A stretch of DNA of 64,000 nucleotides from a virus: IMG/VR virus record IMGVR_UViG_2654588027_000001; one strand, 5' to 3'. Shown here piece after piece: positions 49,201 through 57,077 of the stretch (the first letter of the stretch is position 1; every line of letters starts with the position of its first letter). The position numbers and the translations under genes were made by a program. The notes below the pieces were generated by a model. That model saw only the letters and a program-made list of their open reading frames with translations. It did no database searches and was not told the origin of the DNA.

Positions 49201-49777
49201 GGACGTTAATCTGGTCGTAGAATGGGGTAGGGTGCGGATAAACCACGCTGTAGAAGTTATCGCGTCCTCCAGCTGTGACCAGCGTCCCGATAATCTTTGC
49301 GAAGTCCCGGCGCTGGAATACACTGCCAATGTCGGACGTCAGCAGGATGATGTTGCCTTTGGCATACGCGGCCGCCAGTTGGTCGAGCGCCAGACGCGGG
49401 ACAAAGTAGAATTGCTCGCGCTTGTTCGCTAAGGTCATCAGTTCGCACACGTCGCGATAACCTTGCTCATTCTTTATCAGTGCCGTGAAGCAGTAGCTGC
49501 GATCACGCACCAATGATTCCATACATCTCTCTGATTCTTTCGCAAGGCGGGCGCGGTGCTCGTATGTCGGATCGTCGACCACATTCAGCTTAACACCACA
49601 AATAACCGCCATATCGTCGCCAGCGGCACGCTGCAGGGGAATCACACTGGCAATGTTCATGCTGTCAGCGGAAATGACAGCAGTGTAGCCAGCGTCTCTC
49701 GCGATTTTCACCGCGTTTTCTGCTTTTAGAGCTGACTCTCCCAGGGAGAAGTCAGTTCTGACCATCAGAGCCTTCAT
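46253..49777 (-). CDS. dnaE: DNA polymerase III alpha subunit (DnaE-type)
   Basis: 1174 aa. GPGRGSSAGSLVAWCIGIT and the Pol III alpha core. N-terminal PHP region appears degenerate. Confidence 0.9.
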   Translation of the reverse strand: MKALMVRTDFSLGESALKAENAVKIARDAGYTAVISADSMNIASVIPLQRAAGDDMAVICGVKLNVVDDPTYEHRARLAKESERCMESLVRDRSYCFTALIKNEQGYRDVCELMTLANKREQFYFVPRLALDQLAAAYAKGNIILLTSDIGSVFQRRDFAKIIGTLVTAGGRDNFYSVVYPHPTPFYDQINVRAMKVASALKIEPVAFYPAYYEAVDDADIKDIAHMVTNNIKIDQPHRLRIPHQRDNAVNGRRHLLEALKAFSVRMDVPVTAAMASTTQDTIIEACTWRWHELPPALPKMADDEPATLMKLAVAGLRKRLTTKEFGYTPPASEHRVYVDRLKYEMDTLTRLGFCGYFLMVRDLMNHSRETGIPVGPGRGSSAGSLVAWCIGITNVDPIRHGLLFERFINPERLDLPDADLDFSQARRHEVIEYLNERYGEDYVAGIPNFTYLGAASALRDTARIYGVDAADMAVSKEFKNLEDDSLSLEELREQLASLDKYATKYPEAFKAACKLQSLMRGFGRHAAGMIVAGVPLVERTPVELRGNARCIAFDKRYCEAMGLIKLDVLGLATLDLLDSAKRYIKESTGEDINLDAIPLDDRKVLDGFAAGYTQGVFQLESGPMRKLLKDLGGGIEPMSFKTVVATTALFRPGPIQSGMLDDYVSVAKGFMAPQSLHPVLDELTAETNGVILYQEQTMNATRLLAGFTMAEADGVRKAIGKKDMEKMKSMGEKFVVQAQAGWIDVEMEDGTTQRIHRAEHFKCEDGALRTVEEALEAGVKLPMAAVRVTGSQPGLSETKAKEIWDAFEKNGAYQFNKSHPVAYSLISYQSMWLKTHYPAEFFAAALTILGEDKHQGLVKDALTYGIHVLPPDVNVSSNRIEIRTLEDGSQVLYAPFSAVKGCSENGCQAIMRAREKVGGKFESLEQFEEAVEKRACACNSRVRESLQKVGAFASIEPGSLPATDPERLRDQAELMGNLVIDAVKASRPFEMNPKRSAEVNVLMTRMAAEMGLGDDLIRPSIGIKPKIMVILDNANGNDGRTGYFMENGYDDFKAKLLTAGDLRMGDLYVTGVCKKVKDKEKDYTKDEIGQFTDFMREEINLVRPTYVLTCGSRATSLFNNKSKPSDLVGRKEYLPELDVTVFYGFNPNILYFRPEEGEKLEAILAEVAETISK

Positions 49778-49955
49778 GTGTTTTTACCTTTCTGGTTTTC
49801 TTGATTTTGTCATTGGGGAAGCCAACGAACTTCCCATACATCGAAATCGCAACCTCTTTGGCTGACTGGTGGCACTCGGACCTATCCGGACACGCCAGAC
49901 AAGCCCGGCCAGTTTCAGACGCTGCGATAAGAGAGCCGAAACATCCTTTACGCAC
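49752..49955 (-). CDS. Small Cys-rich (zinc-ribbon-like) protein
   Basis: CxxC...C...C...H pattern. Overlaps the dnaE start. Confidence 0.3.
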   Translation of the reverse strand: MRKGCFGSLIAASETGRACLACPDRSECHQSAKEVAISMYGKFVGFPNDKIKKTRKVKTHEGSDGQN

Positions 49956-49957
49956 GA

Positions 49958-51193
49958 TTAACCGAAGATCTTCTGAACCACTTCACGCGCTGCCTGTGCA
50001 GACGTGGATGGAAGTTTATTGATAAATGACTTTTCGATGCCGGCAGAGAAATCACCGCGCATCATTCCGATTTTTGCGGATAGCAGCAGCTCGCGAGGAC
50101 CGATTGGCTGGCTGATCAGATGCTGCTCATAACCTTCACGGACAAGGTTCGCGAATTTCACCATCTTCTCGGCGTATTCGCGGATGACGCCAGCCTCAGC
50201 CAGCATGTTGACTTCAGCCTTAGTGCTCATGTACTTCACGTTCGAAACAATGCCGAAGCGCGAGAAGTTCGCCGCGTTCTGGATGTTCGTACCTTGATAG
50301 AGACCCGTTTCGTCGCCAGAGCCGTTAGTGTTGCCAGTGCCAATGAAGGCAAAGCGTTTATGCGGAGTGATACGGCGCCAGTCCGGAGTTGCCTCTTTGA
50401 TGATCAGCGGTTCTCCTTCAAGAACTGGCTGGTACACACCCAGAATCTGCGGGAACGCGAAGTCATATTCATCAGCTAGGTACACCCAGCCATTTTTCAT
50501 CGCCAGCGCCAGCAAACCCGGCTCGAAGTAGGTGGAGCCATCGCGAGCGAGGATCTGGCCTGTAACGTGTGCTTCTTCCATAGACGCCGTATGCTGGGCG
50601 CGGATCAGTGGTCGATTCAGCAGGGCGCATAGCTGCGTAGGAAGAGAAGATTTACCGGTTCCTGCATGACCCCAGAGATAGCCTGGGATTCCGATTTCCA
50701 GCATCATGAAGATGTCTTTAATCAGGTCAAAGTCGCCATACACATAGTTCTTCTTCGCTTCAGGCACGAACTCCGGATAGGGTGTGTTGACGTTAACCGT
50801 CACCTGTAGTGGTTTTCCGCGTGGCGTTCCCAGCTCTTTGATCGTTACGCCAAGCAGCTCGTGCGCGGCCACCAGTTCGGTCTTGTATTCGACCGTTCCT
50901 GCGTAGCCCGGATGTGCGCTAATCTCCGCTACTTTTCCTTCTCCTGAATGTCTTTCGGCACGCTTCTCATTGAGTTTGACCAGTGCCGTGCGAGAGATCG
51001 TTGGTTCATCTGGAAACGCAGAGGTGTACATTTTCACCACTTCGTCCACGTCCAGACCCTTCGCGGACTCAGGAATGTTCTCGCAACGGCCCATAGAGAT
51101 ATGGGATTTCAGGTAATGAAAAGATTTGCCACACCACTTGCAGACGATGGCTTCCGGCAAATGTTCTTCTTGCTGTAGTGCAGTAGCGGTCAT
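49958..51193 (-). CDS. CobS-like MoxR-family AAA+ ATPase
   Basis: Walker A GHAGTGKS, Walker B VYLADEYD. N-terminal C-x2-C zinc ribbon. Confidence 0.75.
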   Translation of the reverse strand: MTATALQQEEHLPEAIVCKWCGKSFHYLKSHISMGRCENIPESAKGLDVDEVVKMYTSAFPDEPTISRTALVKLNEKRAERHSGEGKVAEISAHPGYAGTVEYKTELVAAHELLGVTIKELGTPRGKPLQVTVNVNTPYPEFVPEAKKNYVYGDFDLIKDIFMMLEIGIPGYLWGHAGTGKSSLPTQLCALLNRPLIRAQHTASMEEAHVTGQILARDGSTYFEPGLLALAMKNGWVYLADEYDFAFPQILGVYQPVLEGEPLIIKEATPDWRRITPHKRFAFIGTGNTNGSGDETGLYQGTNIQNAANFSRFGIVSNVKYMSTKAEVNMLAEAGVIREYAEKMVKFANLVREGYEQHLISQPIGPRELLLSAKIGMMRGDFSAGIEKSFINKLPSTSAQAAREVVQKIFG

Positions 51194-51289
51194 GTGTTTT
51201 TCCTTACTGTTTGTCGTTCGTGGGGTATATCTTATATAAATATATTAGACTGTATAGTAAGTAATTACTTATTTTTAAGGGTGAAGTTC

Positions 51290-53656
51290 TTACCCAAGAA
51301 TGATACGAGATAGCTCAGTGACGACTGACGGCCCTAACTCTTCTACGCTGTTAACCAGTGCGTAATTTTTGTAGTAGCGTCGTGGTGCGTCAGTCAGAAC
51401 ACCGATAGCCATCAAATCGATGTCACTTAACGTCTCAATTTCTTTGGTGACGGTTCGCAAATGCTCATGGAACCCATCGCCTGCAGCACATGGTGCCCCG
51501 TCGCTCATAACCAGCATGATTTTTTTGTCCTCCATTCGCCCTGCAAACAGAGTGGCCAGCTGCGCGACGCTCTCACCATCGACGTTATTGAGCAGGGGGA
51601 ACGTCTCACATACGCAGCCCATGCGGGCGCGGATCTCTGGTGAGTTAGCTTTCTCATTCCAGTTTTTGATAATGGGCAGCATGAGCGCCTCGAAACGTGT
51701 AAACCCGCGCTTCGACATGGTTTCATAATCTGGGCTACCAAACGTTGTAAAGCCGGTGATGATGTTAGGCACATTGATACGATCCAGAGCATCCGCAATG
51801 GTGTAGGCGCTGGCGAGTGCCAGTTGAATCTTCCTGCCGCCCATTGAGCCGGACAAGTCGATCACCTGCTGGACGCACGCGTTCACCGCTCTGTGGTCTT
51901 CTTTCTTGCGGAACACGCGGTCGTCGTTCATTGCCAGACGATACAGGTTCGCGCCATGTATCCGCCCACGTCTCTGACCCGGTATGAACTGAACTCGGTT
52001 GCGGCTGGCGATAGCTCGCTCCAGGTCTTTGGCCAGAGTCGAAGAAACGCCGGCAGACAGATGTTTTTCGATTTTCAGTTCAAAGAGTTTTCTGCCTTCC
52101 GGAACCATGCGGTAGCGATCGACAGGTGAGTGCATTGGGATTGCGCCGAATGTCTTTCTGGTGCGTTTTACATGCTCTTCAGCCTCATCAATCAACCCGA
52201 TAAAGTCGTATGAACGATCGTATGGGCGATACTCAGAAAGTGAGGCGCTCATAAGCTCTTTGCTGATGGTGGCCGACAGTGCGTCTTCGGTCATTTCGTC
52301 TGTTCCTTCTTCCATCTCGTCGAGCGCCTTGAGTGCGTCCTCCAGAGTCATTTCATCCGGCGCAGGAACAAAGCCTGACTCACTGTCTTCAGGCGCTTCC
52401 GCGGCATCCTCATTTTCCTTGCCTTCGCCGTCAGTGTGATCGGCGACGTCCTCTTCGCCTTCGTCTTCTCCTTCGGACTCCTCACGACCGGCATCGGAGT
52501 CTTCGCCGTTATCACTATCCCCATCGCCAGCGGCGCCAGAGCCATAACCATCGGAGTCATCGGCGTCTTCGCGAATGCCATCACCAGGCGTTGGAGCGCC
52601 AGTGCCATCACTACCACCTTCGTCGTCAGAATCACCTGATTCCATGCCGGCATCATCGGATTCTGGGGTGTCTCCTGACTCATCTTCGCCTGCTTCTGTA
52701 TATTTACTTTCTGTATCACTAATTTCTTTATCATGTATAGGTAAGTCCTTATCTAATGAATCAGGCAAATCAGAATCCCCAGAATCTTCCTCTTCTGAGG
52801 CATCATCTTCTTGCTCTTCCTTGTCGTCGTCTTCGCCTTTGGTTCGCTTTGGTGCAGATTCACTATGAGACGGATCGTCGCCTGACTCTGGTGTTTCCTC
52901 GGACTCGTCTTTGCTCTTAGACGGCTTTTTGGCAGATGATTTAAGCTCAGGTAATTTGCCCTCTGGCTTGTCTTTCATATCCTGCATGATTTGGGCGATA
53001 GCAGCTGCGACCTTTACGCAGTCCTCTGTGTTCGACATATTGCGAACGGCCACGTCGATACCATGCTCTTTGAGCAAGGCTACAGGCTTATCGATGAGGT
53101 GCCAGTGTTCTTCCATAAAGTCGATGAAAGGGCTTTGGCCATCCCAGGCGCGGACGACCGGGCAAAGGAAGAATTTCAGGAACAATTCACGCTGGTTGCC
53201 GTGGCAGATTGAAACCGCCTCTGACACTTTGCCCTTGAAGTATTTGTCGATCACCAGGTTCTGTGTGGCTAGCAAATTACGACGGGTTCCGTTGAATACC
53301 TGTCCCATTCTGCGTTCAATAAAAACGTCTTCCAGCGCGTTCCAAAGCCCGGTAGACGGAGCCTTTCCTCTCTCGCGCATCTTCATCGCGACTTTCGGAT
53401 CAGTAAAGAGGATATGGGCTACTTCATGGTCGAGAAAACCACGTACTGCGTTCATGAGGGTTGGTGATGCGTCGTCCGGTATAGATGGGATGTTTACCAG
53501 CACTGGTTCGCCGCGCCGGTTGTAGCGGACATACGCTTCATTGCCTCGTTCTGCAACAGGTATCTGTTTGCCTGAAAGCATCGCTACAACTCGTTTTACG
53601 CAGTCGCGGAAGTCCTGTACCTCTTTCAGCACAGCTCTGGTCATGGCTTTGGACAT
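51290..53656 (-). CDS. CobT-like von Willebrand factor A (VWA) domain protein with a ~220-aa poly-acidic insert
   Basis: C-terminal MIDAS DLSGSMGG. Residues about 233-455 are almost pure D/E/S/G (nt about 52290-52960). Confidence 0.7.
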   Translation of the reverse strand: MSKAMTRAVLKEVQDFRDCVKRVVAMLSGKQIPVAERGNEAYVRYNRRGEPVLVNIPSIPDDASPTLMNAVRGFLDHEVAHILFTDPKVAMKMRERGKAPSTGLWNALEDVFIERRMGQVFNGTRRNLLATQNLVIDKYFKGKVSEAVSICHGNQRELFLKFFLCPVVRAWDGQSPFIDFMEEHWHLIDKPVALLKEHGIDVAVRNMSNTEDCVKVAAAIAQIMQDMKDKPEGKLPELKSSAKKPSKSKDESEETPESGDDPSHSESAPKRTKGEDDDKEEQEDDASEEEDSGDSDLPDSLDKDLPIHDKEISDTESKYTEAGEDESGDTPESDDAGMESGDSDDEGGSDGTGAPTPGDGIREDADDSDGYGSGAAGDGDSDNGEDSDAGREESEGEDEGEEDVADHTDGEGKENEDAAEAPEDSESGFVPAPDEMTLEDALKALDEMEEGTDEMTEDALSATISKELMSASLSEYRPYDRSYDFIGLIDEAEEHVKRTRKTFGAIPMHSPVDRYRMVPEGRKLFELKIEKHLSAGVSSTLAKDLERAIASRNRVQFIPGQRRGRIHGANLYRLAMNDDRVFRKKEDHRAVNACVQQVIDLSGSMGGRKIQLALASAYTIADALDRINVPNIITGFTTFGSPDYETMSKRGFTRFEALMLPIIKNWNEKANSPEIRARMGCVCETFPLLNNVDGESVAQLATLFAGRMEDKKIMLVMSDGAPCAAGDGFHEHLRTVTKEIETLSDIDLMAIGVLTDAPRRYYKNYALVNSVEELGPSVVTELSRIILG

Positions 53657-53765
53657 GAGAATTTCCTTGTTATTAAAACAATTTGTTTTCTAATGTGTGT
53701 AATTTTATGCTGTACGAACAGGTGGCCAAGCTGTTCGTACAGGTTTCAATAGGTAGGATTTGCAG

Positions 53766-53978
53766 TTAATGGGTTCTTACGGCAAGTGAGCCGCAGCCAG
53801 TATTGATGAGAGTGAAATGTTTGTTGCTGAGTTCGAAAGTGAAGACAGTCGTGTCGCTCATGTCTATCGGAAGTTCTTCAGTATTAAGTTCTGTAAGTAT
53901 CGTTGCCACGCCATCCATCCCGAGCGCATATGCATGTCCAACCTCAAGGGCGTTCAAATTAGAAGTTATATTTTTCAT
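53766..53978 (-). CDS. Small hypothetical protein
   Basis: 70 aa, last backbone gene before the caf island. Confidence 0.3.
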   Translation of the reverse strand: MKNITSNLNALEVGHAYALGMDGVATILTELNTEELPIDMSDTTVFTFELSNKHFTLINTGCGSLAVRTH

Positions 53979-54088
53979 CTCATATCATCCAACTCAACAC
54001 GTTCGAAAGTTCGGAAATACTACTACCTATTGTATCAATACGGAATACATCTATATCAGATTTGTCTGACAAACCATGCAAGCTGATA

Positions 54089-54119
54089 ATGACAATTTGC
54101 CGCTTAATAGATGTATAAT
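54089..54119 (+). promoter_or_regulatory. Sigma70-like promoter with extended -10 (ATGACA ... TGTATAAT) upstream of the XRE regulator gene
   Basis: -35-like ATGACA at 54089-54094, TGnTATAAT at 54112-54119. Confidence 0.4.
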
Positions 54120-54240
54120 GCGCATAGGTAAAGGGTTTTGATGCCTATCGAAAGAAATAGATAAGTCTTTACAACCCTCACCTTTAATGTAATATCAGTA
54201 AGCACTTACCAGAGACAAATTAAACACGCAAGGTTATTAC

Positions 54241-54627
54241 ATGGCTACCAACGAAACAGATAGCAAACAAGGTCGCTACGCGGCTTATATTGATTCCCTG
54301 ATCACTATCTCACCGAAAAGTCAGGCTACTATTGCCAAGGAAGTAGGGTATAAAAACGCCAACAACCTGTCTCTCATCAAAAGCGGAAAGATCCCTCTCC
54401 CCGTTGATAAGGTAAGAGCGCTGGCCGTAGCTCTGGACGCTGACCCTGTTCGGCTAATGCTGATGGTCCTGGAAGAGCGTCACCCGGAGTTGCTTGAGTT
54501 CTTCCGCGAAGAAGGAACGGCTCCCCTTTCCGCAGACGAAAAAAGAGTATTAGAAGCGTTTCGCAACCGTTTCGGTGATCAACGCGGCGCATCAGATCAG
54601 GTTGTTGAAGCAATCAAGAAACTATGA
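54241..54627 (+). CDS. XRE-family HTH transcriptional regulator
   Basis: HTH ATIAKEVGYKNANNLSLIKSG; 128 aa. Convergent with the integrase gene, with overlapping ends. Confidence 0.55.
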   Translation: MATNETDSKQGRYAAYIDSLITISPKSQATIAKEVGYKNANNLSLIKSGKIPLPVDKVRALAVALDADPVRLMLMVLEERHPELLEFFREEGTAPLSADEKRVLEAFRNRFGDQRGASDQVVEAIKKL

Positions 54628-55800
54628 GAAATTTACACGAATAAGCTCAGTTGCTAGACGATCTCCCTTAAATTTGTGGTCAATTTCGTCTAAATCTTGT
54701 TGCTCTACGATGGATGCGATGTACGCTGAGAATCTATCCAAGGCGTCTCGCATCTCATCCATATAGTCGTGCCGGTCGTACACGCGATCTATGCCTTCCA
54801 AACTGTGATTCATTATTTTACGAGCCACTTCTTGATTGATCCCCAGGGCTGGAAAATAACTACGAGCGGTACGTCTCAGGTCTCGTGGTGTGAAAGGTTC
54901 CAAATCCATCAGCTCTGGGCGCTCCAGAATTCTTCTCAACGCTTGTGCAATGGCCACCTTCGACATTGGTGTATCAACGCCCTTCTTCTTATTTGACGGA
55001 ACAAGCCACTGGCTGCCCTTTCCGTATTCGAACAACTCTTCCACGCATTTGCGCATTAATGGACTTAGCGGCAGCGCGTGCTGTCTGGCCGATTTGTTTC
55101 GCGTACCTTGATTCCATACATCACGTTGAAGGTTGAACTCATCCTTTCTGGCCCGGAGCACTTCATCTGGACGCCTGGCAGCAACAAGACATAGCCTTGC
55201 CGCCCACTTTGTACCTTCACATACGTTGAAATAATCCCAGATATTCCAGAATACCCAGACTTCAGCGTCGGTCAGCTTACGTTCGCGCGGTACTGGCTTT
55301 GCGCCACCGGCAACTTTGTTGAGCGACATATCATTCAAAGGTGAAGTATCAATCAATCCCTGAAAGGCACACCAGCTCAGGAACTGTTTCATCAGGGAGA
55401 ACACGCGTCTGCCCTGGACGATCTTGCCTTCCAGTATCAGTGGGTTCACCAGCTGGTTGACCAAGACCCTACTTATATCACTTACCTTTACTTCAGAGAT
55501 ATGCGGCATCACATGTATCAAAACACAATGAACGGCAATTTCAGGTCGACGTCTCGTTATCAGTAAGGATAAGCGGGTGAACAACATGAAGGCGGAAGAA
55601 AACGACATGTCTCCGTCGAAATTGGCGGTCGACACTGCCGACAAACCGGAAGCGCGTTCGAGGTACTCGATGGCTTCCCGAGAGGTATTTTCTGCTGCGC
55701 GTGCTTTATCAAAGGTGTTTTTCATCGTCCACTCACTGAGTGAAGCCCTTTTAACTGTATGCATGAACAGTATATTAGGCATAAGTTTTTGTATGATCAA
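54622..55800 (-). CDS. Tyrosine recombinase (phage/P4-type integrase catalytic core); N-terminal ~100 aa atypical
   Basis: Catalytic residues in HALPLS, PRDLRRTARSYF (H-x-x-R) and RVYDRHDY (Tyr nucleophile). Confidence 0.7.
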   Translation of the reverse strand: MIIQKLMPNILFMHTVKRASLSEWTMKNTFDKARAAENTSREAIEYLERASGLSAVSTANFDGDMSFSSAFMLFTRLSLLITRRRPEIAVHCVLIHVMPHISEVKVSDISRVLVNQLVNPLILEGKIVQGRRVFSLMKQFLSWCAFQGLIDTSPLNDMSLNKVAGGAKPVPRERKLTDAEVWVFWNIWDYFNVCEGTKWAARLCLVAARRPDEVLRARKDEFNLQRDVWNQGTRNKSARQHALPLSPLMRKCVEELFEYGKGSQWLVPSNKKKGVDTPMSKVAIAQALRRILERPELMDLEPFTPRDLRRTARSYFPALGINQEVARKIMNHSLEGIDRVYDRHDYMDEMRDALDRFSAYIASIVEQQDLDEIDHKFKGDRLATELIRVNFS

Positions 55801-56484
55801 CCATAAAATAGCCTGTTTTGTACAATGATTCCATACTTAATAGGTATGGAATCATTTTTACCGGCTATGAAGGTTTTGAGGGCTGCAGGACGTGGGTTGC
55901 TACCAAATAAAAAAACCCCGGGGTGAGGGCAAAGGCTGCTTTGTTGAAGTTGCATGGATGATGGATACCCCTCTTGCTCTCCTCAAGAGGGTGAGGGCGC
56001 CTGAAAGAAATGACGCAAAAGGGAGGGTGATTATAAATTTCGGATTATTTCGCTAATAAAAAACAAAATCCCTAACAACAAGATTTCCATTAAAATAATT
56101 GCCACACCTAAAACAATAATTCTTCCCGCAGTTAGGCGGATATGTTGAAATCGCTTTTGGAACACCATATCCTCGCTTAGGAGAAAAAAATTCCCACCAG
56201 ATAATATACTCAATGGTATTGCAAGTGCATATTAAGGTGAGAGTTATAAATATGAGCCTATTATATTGCTTCGCGCTCTCTATTCTTAGCTAATAGTGTA
56301 TTATGTGAAATCTATTGAGGGCGTGGCTTTCTGCATTAGTTCCTAACATTGATCTTCACATAAATTTGTCAGTCTTGCTATCAATGCCGTGATTAAGAAA
56401 AGCGAGGGTTAGGCTCAAAGTAGGATAATTCATAAATATTAAAGGAGGGCATAATAGCCCTCCTTTATCTATTATCTATATGGA

Positions 56485-56997
56485 TTATTGGTTAGATACG
56501 GTTACGGTTACAGCATCAGTGTATTTACCTGCTGCAAGTTTACCGCCTTTGGAACCAATTGAGCGAACAAAGAAATCCTGGCTGCCCGTAGCCAAGACGA
56601 CGTCATCCCCCACAAGGTTCTCACCGTTTACCTTAGGAGAGATATCAAAATCTCTAGAATCCTTGCCAATCACTTTTGTAGTGAATTGGTGGTTATTTCC
56701 ATCCTGAGAAGTAAATGTTAAGTACATGGGATCACCCGCGGCATCTGTAAAGTTAACAGATGTGCTAGTGGTTCCTGTTTTATAGCCGCCAAGAGTAAGC
56801 GTACCAACAAGTAATTCTGTATCGATGTTTCCATTGTCCATAATTGTAATTGGAGCGCCTTCCTTATATGTAAGAGTGATGCGGGCTGGTTCAACAAGAG
56901 TTGCCGTTGCAGTGGTGCTTGCAGTTAAATCTGCCGCATTAGCAGTTGCAATAGTTCCAAATAATGCAATGGCGATAACGGAACTGATTTTTTTCAT
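56485..56997 (-). CDS. caf1: F1 capsule antigen subunit Caf1
   Basis: 170 aa with signal peptide. Mature sequence ADLTASTTATATLVEPARITLTYKEG...VTVTVSNQ matches my recollection of Y. pestis Caf1. Confidence 0.85.
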   Translation of the reverse strand: MKKISSVIAIALFGTIATANAADLTASTTATATLVEPARITLTYKEGAPITIMDNGNIDTELLVGTLTLGGYKTGTTSTSVNFTDAAGDPMYLTFTSQDGNNHQFTTKVIGKDSRDFDISPKVNGENLVGDDVVLATGSQDFFVRSIGSKGGKLAAGKYTDAVTVTVSNQ

Positions 56998-57077
56998 ATA
57001 TTACCTCTATCGAATAATCCAATCCACGAACAAATTCGTAGAGAGGGCTTGTGTCCTGTTTGAAATAAACATCCGTT

